DNA of 64,000 nt from Mustelus asterias (lineage: Eukaryota), in contig NW_027590623.1 of the NCBI RefSeq assembly GCF_964213995.1, positions 124,001 to 188,000 of the forward strand. The letters run 5' to 3'. The notes below the pieces were generated by a model, which ran no database searches, had not been told where the DNA came from, and saw only the letters and a list, made by a program, of their open reading frames with translations. Every line of letters starts with the position of its first letter. The first letter of the stretch is position 1. Of the stretch, positions 38,280 through 49,793 are shown one piece after another. The position numbers were made by a program, and so were the translations under genes.

Positions 38280-38750
38280 ATGTTCCTGATTCTAGTTATT
38301 GCACTGATCCCAGGTCAGTGATTCTGGTCACAGATTGTAAAGTATATCGCAAACCTTGTGCAATTTCCCTTTCCCAGCGCTGTGTGACTATCGTCTTCCT
38401 CTGACTCCTAACCCGCTGTGCGTCCGCTGTTTATTTTCAGAGATGAGTAATGGAGACTCAGTTTCCCAGTCAGAACCAGGAGTTGAAGCAGCAGAGGGTG
38501 AAGATTCAGCAATACCCTGCAGTTACTCTGTGCCGAGTTCAGCTATACAGCATCACCTGTTCTGGTATCGCCAGTATCCACAGCAAACTCCTCAGTATCT
38601 GCTCAGAGCCAATAGTTATGGGTTTACCGATACGGCTCCCGGCTTTGGACACTTCAGCGGGAATCTCAACCAGACACAAAGCACTTTTCACTTGTCCATG
38701 AAAGATTTGAAGATGAGAGACAGCGCCGTGTATTACTGTGCACTGAGACC
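38280..38750 (+). CDS. TCR alpha/delta V segment, open (L 38280-38313, V 38441-38750)
   Basis: Leader MFLILVIALIP; GDSVSQ...IPC...FWYRQYP...DSAVYYCALRP. RSS: CACAGTG 38751-38757, 23 bp, ACAAAAAGT 38781-38789. Confidence 0.92.
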
Positions 38751-39184
38751 CACAGTGAATGAGGCTCCCGCGGGCCTCAGACAAAAAGTGACGCAGACGT
38801 TTCAGGGTCAGAGAAAAAGAGTCGGATCTCAACGAAAATGCGCAGAAAATGAAGGCCACAATACAGCCCCAGCTGAATAATATTCCCCCCACTGAGCTCA
38901 GCCATTGTCAGTGTTGTGAAATGTCACATTTGCCGTCCTATTATTCCCGGATCAAATCCAACCATTCTCCGACCCCATCCGCACAAAATCTGCAGATTAT
39001 CCCGGGTGAATAACTTCCTTAATCTGTACTTAGAAAGATTCTGGATTCGGTGCCTATCTGCCAGGCAACACATTTTAAAAGTGATCTATTGTCAAATGCT
39101 GCCTCAGAATTGTCCCATTTTCAAGTCCGTGGAGCAGAAATAATAACTGATTGAAATCAGAGCTTTACTATTTGGGGAATAGAG

Positions 39185-39645
39185 GGGTACAGTGAAGATT
39201 TACCAGGCTGATTCCTGGGATGGCAGCTCTGCCATATGAGGAGAGATTAAATCCGTTAGGATTATATTCACTGGGGTTTCGAAGAGTGAGAGGGGATCTC
39301 ATAGAAACTTATAAAATTCGAACAAGGTTAGACAGGGTAGATTCAGGAGACTGTTCCCAATGGTGGAATCCAGAACTAGGCGTCATCTTTTGAAGATAAG
39401 GGATAAACTGAGGTGAAGGGAAATTCCTTCATCCAGAGAGTGTTGGATGCATGGAATTCAGTTCCACCGAATGTAGTTGAGGCCAAAACGTTGTCTGATT
39501 TCAAGAAGAAATTTGATATAGCTCTTGGGGCTAAAGGGGTCGAGGGATATGGGCGAGGGGGAAGGGGGATCAGGATATTGAATTCCATGATCAGCCATGA
39601 TTACGATGATTAGCGGAGAAGGCTCCTGCTTCTAGTTTCTATGTT
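39185..39645 (+). mobile_element. CR1-type LINE 3' fragment
   Basis: ORF2 C-terminal motifs and tail. Confidence 0.75.
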
Positions 39646-40275
39646 ATGAGTCCGTGAAATATTTCCTGGTGCAGAGTTGAGTGACTACTTATCCCCAGTC
39701 TCCTTACAGCACTACTATTAATTATGTTGAGTCATGGCCATTAGGCTCAACGAGCCTGACCCGACAACAATCCCACCCAGGCCCTATCCCCGTAACCCAC
39801 ATATTTAACCTGCTATCCCCTGACACTAAAGGTAATCTTGCGTGGCCAATCCAGCAAACCTGCACAGTTTAGGAATGTGGAAGGAAACTGGAGCACCTGA
39901 GGAAACCCACGCAGACACGGTGAGAAAGTGCAAACTCCGCAGAGACAGTGACCCGAGGCTGGAATCGAACCCGTGTCCCTGGGGCTGTGAGGCAGCAATG
40001 CTAACCACTGCGCCACCGTGTCGCCCATAAATGATTAAATTAATTTCACTTTTCACCTGAATTAGAAAAAAAGGATCTGCCTTCAGAAAGATTGATGGAC
40101 TGAGTTCTGAGGAAAGCGAGTTCACCAGTTAATGAGACACAATAACTGGTTATGTGGGAGAGAGCAGAGACAGAACAAGGAACTTAGAAATACGTTTACG
40201 GCCAGGGAAGGAATGTGATTGGAAAGTGCCAGCTATATTAAATCATTAACTAACAGTGATTGCTTCACTGGTTAC

Positions 40276-40600
40276 GGGGCGGCATGATGCCACAATGGTT
40301 AGCGCTGCTGTCTCACAGTGTCAGGGACCCGGGTTCAATTCCGGCTTCGGATCACTTTCTGTATGAAGTTTGCATGTTCTCCCCGTGTCTACGTGGGTCC
40401 CCTTCGGCTGCTGCTGATTCCTCCCACAGTCCAAAGATGTGCAGATTGGGTTGATTGGCCATGCTAAATTGACCCGAGTCTCAGGGGATACGCAGGGTAA
40501 ATACACGGAGTTGCGGGAGTGGGGCCTGGGTGGGATTGTGACCGGTACAGACTCGATGGGGCGAATGGCCTCCTTCTGCACTGTAGGGATTTTATGATTC
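40276..40600 (+). mobile_element. V-SINE inserted in an orphan V promoter
   Basis: Head, core and tail present; the flanks match 1650-1795. Confidence 0.85.
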
Positions 40601-41138
40601 GCAGCTGACGTCAGCTCAGGGAGATGAGCCAATCGCAGCACTGAGAAACGCCTCCCAGTTTCCTAATAATAGAAGCTGCCTCTGATCTGAGTTGTGGATT
40701 TATGAGTTTATTAAAGCAAAATTCATCCATCTACACAGCTGGACAGGCGCTGTGCTAATGGCGCAGGCGCGTCAGAAAACTGAGATAAATGATTTGTATC
40801 AACACTAAACAGCAAATGTAGCAAAATCGAAATGATAAAGGCAGCAGATGTAATAGCAATAACATCAAAGTAATAAAACACATAATAAACTGCAACAATA
40901 AAAATCCTGCAATATGATGCAGCAACATAAACACAATTGAGAATCGCTGTTTCACAGATGACGTCCCAAGACCTCATCTTTCGCTAAAACTTGCAGAACC
41001 GTCAGTCCCCCCTGTCACAGGTGACAGCTGGAGTTACAGGAAACATTTGTGCGTCTTGACACCACCACAAACTGCAGCGCAAGAGCCGATGTGTGAATTA
41101 CGGAAGTTCTGAACCGGAAACTCTGGGATCTATCCCCA

Positions 41139-41431
41139 CTTCAGGGCATTATGGTTACAGACATTATCCGGTCACACAGGTTGATGATCTGCTTGTAAAT
41201 TCTTCCAATAAGCCGAATGACAAGTGATAAGAACAGGAGAGTTCCCTGGCCAGCCTTACTGCAGGAGGTGATGGAAACCACTGCAGGACTTTGCCAGGCA
41301 TATTCATGGAGCAATCAAATGGAAATCTCTGGTCTACCAGCGCCGCCTCAGGGCATGGTACCTGATACATGGTACCTACAATATTACTGAACGCCATGAC
41401 ATGCTGAGTCAAAATTGTCTGCTGGTGTTTT
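41139..41431 (-). pseudogene. Highly decayed V exon with Vgamma/VH-like framework 2
   Basis: Acceptor 41433-41432, QTILTQ, Gly16, Cys23, (W>C)xxxxPGKVLQW and DxxxxxxALK about 94 codons from the start. No RSS. Confidence 0.45.
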
Positions 41432-41692
41432 CTGCACAGATGGGGAAACAGTTTGGGTCATCAAACTGTACAAATATTCTCATGTTAATTCTGTAAACTG
41501 CCCCGTTGCTTTGTTTTGGTAATACATTTTTAATAAGAAAACATATCTTGGAATTAATAGTTTGAGAAATCACCAGGATTTCAGGTTTCATTTCAGACTC
41601 ACTCTGATCACAATGTTTGCCTAACGCTCTGTTATGTTGAGTGGGGCTCTGACAGTTTTTGTACAGGTTCAGCCCAGCTCTGTGTCTCTGTG

Positions 41693-42586
41693 GGTCTCAG
41701 AGCGCAGTAATAAACCCCGGAGTCTGCCAGCTCTGTTTTAGACACTTTCAGCGGGACGGTGCGGGTTGTATCATTGAGTTCCGCTGAAAAACGGTCCCCT
41801 GAGGATCCCCCTGTGTTTCCGCCGTATTTGTTTGCCTGCAGCAGGAACTCCATGGATCCGCTGGGATACTGACGGTACCAGAACAAGAAGAGAGTGTTCG
41901 CACTTGTAGTTGAATAATTACAGAACAACCTTACATTGACTCCTTCAGTAACGGAGACTGCAGGTGTCTGTGAAACAGAATCTCCTCGACAATGCCCTGT
42001 AAAAACACAAAGGAATATTAAATTACACAATGCGCCTGCACTCTGTTTCCCCCAGGACTTGCTCGTCATCCTGAACATAACCTCAGAGAGAAATCAGACG
42101 GCTGAACAGAAGCATATTTTTCACAGTTCAGTGGCTGGAACGGGAAGGTGCTGGCGGTGATGAAATAAAACTTCCAGCATAAACATCCTGTACTTTCTAA
42201 CGAGATTAGTTCCTCGCCTTCATTCCCTGTGACTGGAACGGGAAATTGCTCTGTGTCTGTGTGTTTGAAAGTCTAATGATTGTCAAATCATTTTTTGTTA
42301 TCAGAGAAGTTTGAATCTCGGCCTAACTCGTCCTCTCTCATTCCCTGAGGGGAAATGTGTCGACTGCCATCAAACAGTGTTCAGTGTTGAAATCAGCGAG
42401 ATCCTATTCGAAGTTGGGATCAAGCCAATCCTTCGATCGTCTCCCCTCACCCCCTTCCACTGAACGAACTGCCCGACAGAATATAGTGTGAGGGAAACAT
42501 GTGAAACACAGTGTTGAGCAACTTGTGAACTTACCAGTTAAAAGAGCTGCTGCTGCGAGGAATAAATATAGGGTAACAGGAAACAT
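41693..42586 (-). CDS. TCR alpha/delta V segment, open (L 42586-42535, V 41996-41693)
   Basis: Leader MFPVTLYLFLAAAALLT with 538-bp phase-1 intron; GDSVSQTP...LFC...FWYRQYP...DSGVYYCALRP. RSS: CACAGAG 41692-41686, 23 bp, ACAAAAACT 41662-41654. Confidence 0.92.
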
Positions 42587-42865
42587 GTTTGCAGAGAGCT
42601 CGCAGTGGATGTGACCAGAAAGGGTTGAAAGCTGGAATTGTTTTCGTCAAAAGTTGGAAAGAAGTTGAGTCATATCCGGGCCCCTATTGATTGGTTCATT
42701 GCTGCCGACCTCATCATATGACATCCAATTGGCTTCAAATAATAAAATTCAGTCTCACCAATTCCAACTCAGAATTCTCGGAAGAAGATATTTGGTGAGG
42801 TATGTAAATCAACAAGCCCCAAAATGTTCTCAATGACCCCATTCCAAACCTGATTGAACAGAATC

Positions 42866-43268
42866 TGATGTGGAGATGCCGGCGTTGGACTGGGGTGAAC
42901 ACAGTAAGAAGTCTCACAACACCAGGTTAAAGTCCAACAGGATTATTTGGTAGCAAACACCACAAGCTTTCGGAGCGCTGCCCCTTCGTCAGATGGAGTG
43001 GAAATGTGCTCTCAAACAGGGCACAGAGACACAAAAATCAAGTTACAGAATACTGATTAGAATGCGAATCCCGACAGCCAGCCAGGTCTTAAAGATGCAG
43101 GCAATGCAGATGCAGAAATAGGCAGAGCCCCCAGGATGGGTAATTAGCACTAAAAAAAAAATTAGCAGACAAATCCCTCCACCCACATTGTCTGAATCTT
43201 TAAGACTTGGCTGGCTGTAGGGATTCGCATTCTAATCAGTATTCTGTAACTTGATTTTGTGTCTCTGT
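42866..43268 (-). mobile_element. Penelope-like element with hammerhead motif and ~83-bp inverted repeat
   Basis: Hammerhead core 42960-42996; inverted arms 43023-43106 and 43186-43268. Confidence 0.65.
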
Positions 43269-43341
43269 ACCAGACTGTGAGGCCCTATGCTATAGCTTGT
43301 TTAGCTTGTTCAGCTTGTTTAGTTTAGCTTATGCCTGAATC

Positions 43342-43515
43342 CGGCACTGCTGGCAACCCACCGATCAAGCTCCCGAGTATGTCGTATCCACATTCAGAGA
43401 TGAAACAGCTGGGGGAAGGTTTAAAGTATCTGTGGACCGTGAGAAAGGCTCCACTACTCTCACTGTTCACTCGGTTGAGCTGTCAGACTCTGCGGTGTAT
43501 TACAGTGCAATGAGG
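43342..43515 (+). pseudogene. 5'-truncated TCR V pseudogene
   Basis: QAPEYVV...GRFKVSVDREKGSTTLTVHSVELSDSAVYYSAMR (Cys>Ser). RSS: CACGGTG 43516-43522, 21-bp spacer, ACAAAAACA 43544-43552. Confidence 0.85.
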
Positions 43516-44665
43516 CACGGTGAATCAGAGATCAGGAGCCTGTACAAAAACACACTCGACATGGGGACTGTGGACACAATACCAAAATGCCTCAGATGTG
43601 AGCATGATTCAAGCAATATCGATATAAAATGTTCTGCTTGCGATTAACATAATGGAATTAAAACATATTTTATTATTTATCACAATGAAACTTGCAGACT
43701 AACCTTCAGTAGAAACATAAAAAACACTCCTTGATACATTGGCTTATTTAAATTTCGTTGGTATACGTGTTTGATTATTAGCGACCGTCCAAGACTTCCG
43801 TTCTTTCGAAGTGAACAATCCAGGATGGTCAGTTCTGGATTTATGAGTTTATTACAGGGAAATTCATCCATCTAATCAACAGAACCGGTCCTGTTCTAAT
43901 GGCGCAGACGCGTCCGGAAACGGGGACAAATGCACTGATATCAATACTAAACGTCAAATGTAACAACATCAAAATAATGACAGAGGCATCAGATGCAGTA
44001 GTATCATCAAAGTAATAAAACACACAATAAACTGCTGCACAAAAATCCTGCAATATCATGTAGCAATGTTAACAACATTGAGAGTCGCTGTTTCACAGAC
44101 GCCGCACCAAGACCTCATCTTTCGCTAAAACTTGCAGAACCTTGAGTTCAACTTGTCACAGGTGACAGCTGGAGTTATAGTGAATATCTGTGCTCACGAG
44201 TTTCACTCTCTACTTAACCGGTGCTGTACCTGCCCTGGAAGTTTTTAGTGTGACAATGTGGAGGGAGTTTTATATTTTGTCTAATATTTTGTCTACACGT
44301 GCTCTGGGTGTTTGAAGGGTTAGTCAGCCCTGTTGCTATATTGTACTAGCCTGTGTTTCAGTTTGACCAAAAAAACTGCTCACGGTCTGTCTGTTTGAAG
44401 TGTGATGTTTGCCAAAGTGATTCACTGGTATCAGAGGAGCTGGAATCTGAGCCCAACTCATTCTCTATCAATCCCTGGGGGAAATGTGCCCAATCCCAAC
44501 AGTGTTCAGTGATGAGACCAGCGAAATCCAGATAACTTTTCGATGTTGTGATCAATCCGTTCCCTCATCACCGACCCCCTTCCCCTCGCATTGAAGGAAC
44601 TGCCTGACAGAATATAGTGTGTGGTAATGATGTGTAACACAGACTTGAGCAACTTGTGAAATTAC

Positions 44666-44717
44666 CGGTTAACAGAGCTGCCGCTGTGAGGAATAAATAC
44701 CGAGTAACAGGAGACAT
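44666..44717 (-). pseudogene. Orphan leader exon with promoter; V exon deleted
   Basis: MSPVTRYLFLTAAALLT G|gtaat; intron homology to 21725-22005 ends at ~44372. Confidence 0.75.
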
Positions 44718-46185
44718 GTTTGCAGAGAGCTCGGGGCGGATCTGACCAGAGCGGGTGGGAGATGTCATTGTTTCAGTCAAGAGTTGAAAGAGGCGGAGTC
44801 ACACCCGGGTCCCTGTGGATTGGTTCACTGCTGAAAACATCAGATGACATCCAATCGGATTCAAGCTCCTTTGTTCTGCAGTTCAACCAATGACCTCACA
44901 GCTCCTTTATCTCCAATTCACCCCATAGGCGGAGAGACGGAAGGAACAAAGTGAAGTTGGCCATCCCACGACAGGGGATTATTTTCCTCTTCAACAGTTA
45001 TTTCATGAACCGACCGGTCCCCTGAGTGTTGATGGGTCTGTTCTGACATGGAGAATGACAATGTTCATCCCTACAGCAACATGTCAAGCAGTTTGTTATC
45101 AATCGTGTTTGGGATAGCAGCTACGGTGCGCGGGAGGATGAATTTTTAGTTGAAACGTGTACTTCACAAGTGATAGAATAATGAATAGTCTGTGATATTT
45201 CCATCCGATCTTCCCTCAATTTGTAACTTTGCCGCGTGTGAAATCCTCTTTCAGAGAGAAAGTATAGCTTGCCACCCCATTGGACTGCTGATCCAATCGG
45301 TGCCAAACAGGGAAAAGCAGCAAAGGTCAATATCTACAATAAAATCTCTAATAAAACAACACAGATGAGGCAGGTCAGAGTGAGAACAACACGGGAAAGC
45401 TGTGGGTGTGGCTACCATAGGCAGTGTGGTGAGAAGTAGAATTTATCTGCAAGGAATTGAACTCAATAACAATATCGCATTGGAAATCATATAAATTTGC
45501 CTGTCTGTAGGAGCGGCAGCTGAATGTTCATTCCATAGCGCGGACCAGCAGTCTCGCACCAGGAAGGTCAGGGTTAGTAAATGATCCAATACAAAGCGGA
45601 ATCTTCATCAGTGATGTAGATGGAAAGTGGGACCGAATAGCTGAGTAGCTGGATTGGAGAGGTTCTCAGTGTGCTTGTGAGGAAAATCGCTATATTGTTA
45701 GGGCCAGGGGTGGGAATGAAGTCGCTGGTCTGATTATTGAAACAGAGAAACACTGGGTTGTGAATTGTGTCAGAAAACATTTGACAGACATTCAAAATGA
45801 GAATGAACATTGATGGCAACCTGTTCTCAGTGATTGTTTTAAATAGCACAATGATAACCTTGCGAAATGTATATGCCAATATAAACTGTCCCTTAGGCAG
45901 CAAAATACTCTGATCAAATAGACCCTTTGATCAAAGAGACGTTGAAAAGGAGAGTGAAGATGGGGAAAGTGCTGCACAATAATTCACACAGGCAAGAAAA
46001 TGTCATCAAAGGTTGAAGCGTGAGTTAAGGAACTGTAAATGTATTTTTAGTATAGTTGCAAGTTAAAAATTCAACTGTGGCTCAGCCGTTCGTGTTGAGT
46101 GTTGTGTTTTGTTTTTGATATTTTGTTTATGACCCTGTGACTATCACTGTCGAGACAAAATAATTATTTCTGTTTATCAGTGTGG

Positions 46186-46204
46186 GAGCGCCCTCTGCTG
46201 ATCA
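46186..46204 (-). promoter_or_regulatory. RSS-adjacent CTCF-like motif
   Basis: TGATCAGCAGAGGGCGCTC, 22 bp past the nonamer. Confidence 0.65.
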
Positions 46205-46264
46205 CTAACCGGAACTCCCAGTCTGGGGTTTTTGTGCGGGGTTCGCTACACCTGTACCAGTGTG

Positions 46265-46806
46265 GGCTCTATGGCACAGAAATACACGGCGCTGTCGGAC
46301 AGAACAGCTCTGGCGATATTTAAAGGAACAGTATTGTTTCCTTTGTGTAAAGCAGCCGAGAATCTATCTGAGAAATCCGGAGACTTATCGGTATTGCCCG
46401 AGCTGTATATCTTCATCAAATATCTCGGAGCTTGCCCGGGATACTGGATGTACCAGAACATTGCTTGAAAAGCAGCTGTCGAGTATTTACAGTCCAGTGT
46501 TATGTTCTGTCCTTCCAGAACCGATAATTCAGATCGATCTTGAAACACTGAATCTTCAGCATTTGCCCCTGTAACAAAACACAGAAGGTGTTCAATATCT
46601 GGGAGGGAAGAGAGCCCATGGGACAGACACTGATCATTTAAACATTGACTCAAAAAAGAAAATGCTCGAAATTTTCAGTAGATCTGACAATATCTGTGAG
46701 AGGCGAACAGAGATAATGTTTCAAGTCAGGATGGCACTTTGTCAGAGTTTATTGACTCACCGGGCAGCAAGACCATTATTATCAGCAAACAAAATAAGGA
46801 GCACAT
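46265..46806 (-). CDS. TCR alpha/delta V segment, open (L 46806-46761, V 46568-46265); mirror of 29397
   Basis: ...LDCKY...FWYIQYPGQAP...DSAVYFCAIEP. RSS: CACACTG 46264-46258, 22 bp, ACAAAAACC 46235-46227. Confidence 0.92.
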
Positions 46807-47166
46807 GGTGTCTGGTTTCGGGTTCGGTAGAAATGAAGCAGTATTTGAAATGTGTTGACATTTCTATTCTGATATTCAAGCGGAAATTCATATCAGCGGA
46901 AACGTAATTTACTCAGAAATTATGGGGCGTTTCCCAGCGACAGGATTGGCCGCTTTCTCAGGATTGATGGTCGTCGGGCATCAATCAGCGTTCGCTCGAC
47001 TAATAAGTTCTGAGTTTCTCTTTTTCCCTGTGTTTCTCGGGTTCTCCGGCTCTCTCTTCGTCTGTGGCCTGTCTATCTCGCTCTGTTATTCCGCCTGTTT
47101 GTCTCGCCCCCATTGCTCTGCTTCTGACCGTCTCTGTCTTCGCACTGGCTCTACATTCTTATCTTT

Positions 47167-47501
47167 CATAGAATCATAGAAACCCTACAGTACAGAAGGA
47201 GGCCATTCGGCCCGAGTCTGCACCGAGCACAATCCCACCCAGGCCCTACCCCCACATATTTTACCCGCTAATCCCTCTAACCTACGCATCTCCGGACTTT
47301 AAGGGGCAATTTTTTTAACCCGGCCAATCAACCTAACCCGCACATCTTTGGACTGTGGGAGGAAACCGGAGCACCCGGAGGAAACCCACGCAGACACGAG
47401 GAGAATGTGCAAACTCCACACAGACAGTGACCCAAGCCGGGAATCGAACCCAGGTCCCTGGAGCTGTGAAGCAGCAGTGCTAACCACTGTGCTACCGTGC
47501 C
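47167..47501 (-). mobile_element. Full-length V-SINE present in the right arm only
   Basis: Empty site at ~29035 in the left arm. Confidence 0.9.
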
Positions 47502-49374
47502 CTTCTCCCCTTCTCCCTAAAATTCAGAGTTCAGACAATCCGATTTCCCTCACTCTCCTATTTCAATGAATCCACTAAGTTACTCATTCTTTTGGTGAGA
47601 CAAATGTAGAAAACGTTAATAACCAGAACTTACGAGGTAACATTATGATGGAAATATTGAAATGTAAACAACTAAAGAATATAGGAGATGAATGTGAATC
47701 CAGGGTCATATTTACATCTTGTGTTGTTATTTTAGGAAAGGCATCTTATCGGAATCTTGAGGGCTTCATATTGTTTAGAATGAGTTTTATAACCACTGTT
47801 AATTGAATAAAGCGAATCGCCAACAATTAAAATAACGATGTTATTATCTCGCATGTATACGTTCAACTGTGTTCAATTGCATTGGAATAGTAAAAGGATG
47901 AACAAGAATAATGCAACATAATCACCAGTAGTAACGACCTTCTGTAATTTGAGAATTCGATGATTTTCCAGGAAATGACCAGTTACCTCAGATTGCCGCC
48001 AGATGGCGGTGCCTCACCATGTTTGTGTGTTTACTGCAGCGGGTCCGGGAAGCTTTACGAGGCGGTTCTGCTGCTGGTCTGGTTTCCTCGGGCATCCAGA
48101 AGCTCTCCGAAATAATCCTGTCGGTATCATGTACTATGTTATATTATGTTGTGTTAAGGAATGAAGATGAACGAATGGAAAGACAGTGGGTGAACTCGAG
48201 GCCGAGGCCGTGATAGAAGTCAAGGCACAGATTAGGAGGAACAGATGGAGAAATCAGAGAAACCCTACAGTGCAGAGAAAGGCCATTCGGCCCATCGAGT
48301 CTGCACCGACCACAATCCCACCCAGGCTCTACCCCCATATCCCTACACATTTACCCGCTAATCCCTCTAACCTACACATCTCAGGACACTAAGGGCATTT
48401 TTTAGCACGGCCAATCAACCTGACCCGCACATCTTTGTTCTCTCTTTATGTTTTCGTCTGTACTGTCTCCATAAATCTGCAACTGCTCCCTTCACAGTTC
48501 CTTCACCGAACCTTCATCTATTTCCCTTCCTGTCTCCGTCTCTCCCTCATTTATCTTACTGTCTGTCCCTCTATTTATCTCCTTGCCTCGCGCACATTTC
48601 TCTCATTCCCTTTCCTCGTGTTTATATCCCTGTAACTCCATCTGTCCCTCCTAATCTGTGCCTTGAATTCTATCACGGTCTCGGGCTCGAATCCACCCAC
48701 TGTCTTTCCATTCGTCTAGTTGGACCAATGAGCGGCACAGGCTTGGAGGGCCGAAGGGCCTGTTTCCTGTGCTGTACTGTTCTCTGTTCTTTGTTCTTTG
48801 TTTATCTTCATTCCTGAGCTTGAAGATTTCTGTGTTGCTGCATTTATTCCCCTCACGGGATCAACATCTAAATCCACTGTTGTACAAATCGCGTATTGTT
48901 TTATTTACAATCGCAACCCCCTGAAATCTACCGCGGAGGATAAAGAGTTCAGCGTCACCAGGTCACGCACAATGAGATTAGTGTTCTTGAGAAACCGTCA
49001 CAATAAATAACATTCAATATGAGCGTGTGAGGCCGATCAAATAAAACCGCAGACAGCTGAGGACTTTGGATCTGCATTCGATGGAGTTTAGAGAGATGAA
49101 GGGGGAATCTCATTGAAAAATACTTGGTTTGTTCTCACTGGATCGACGGAGGTTTGAGGGGAGACCTGATAGAAGTCTACAAGATTATGAGGGGCATGGA
49201 CAGAGTGGATAGTCAGAAGCTTTTTCCCAGGGTGGAAGAGCCAATTACTAGGGGGCATAGGTTTAAGGTGTGAGGGGCGAGGTTTAAAGGAGATGTACGA
49301 GGCAGGATTGCTGCAGCAACTGAAAACAGGCGTGAGGTTTTTGTACAGTGACTGGCGTCTTTCCTCTCAGTGTG

Positions 49375-49793
49375 GGCTGTATCGCACAGTAATACAGAGC
49401 GGCATCCGCGCTCTCCGTGTTTCCAATAACCAACTGGCCCCGTTTGCCCGCAGTGGAAAGTTCCAATTCGAACCGGTCTTTTCTCTCTTTGCCATTCGAG
49501 AATCTTCTTATTATCCACTCGAGTCCCTGACCGGGTTTTTGTCTGTACCAATACATTCCATCAATGCTGGACATCTCATAACTGCAGTTTATCAGCACCG
49601 AATCCCCGCTCTGGACTGTTCTCGCTGTGGGAGTTTGTGAAACTTGGTCCGAGCGACACCGATCTATGAAAAAACATTCAGACAATGAGGCACTGGAGCA
49701 AAACGTTTTTAAATAAACAGTCTCTACAAGTGACCGAGTAAATTTCCTGCACTTACAAGTTAGTAGAATCAGAATGAAAACGAACAGATCCAT
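49375..49793 (-). CDS. TCR alpha/delta V segment, open (L 49793-49757, V 49663-49375); mirror of 26751
   Basis: Intact 93-bp GT-AG intron; ...DAALYYCAIQP. RSS: CACACTG 49374-49368, 23 bp, ACAAAAACC 49344-49336. Confidence 0.92.

Noticed and set aside
40723-40977. Hydrophobic ORFs as membrane proteins (also 43841-44059 and 36785-36973)
   Set aside because: The frame is not preserved between paralogous copies, and T-rich composition explains the hydrophobicity.
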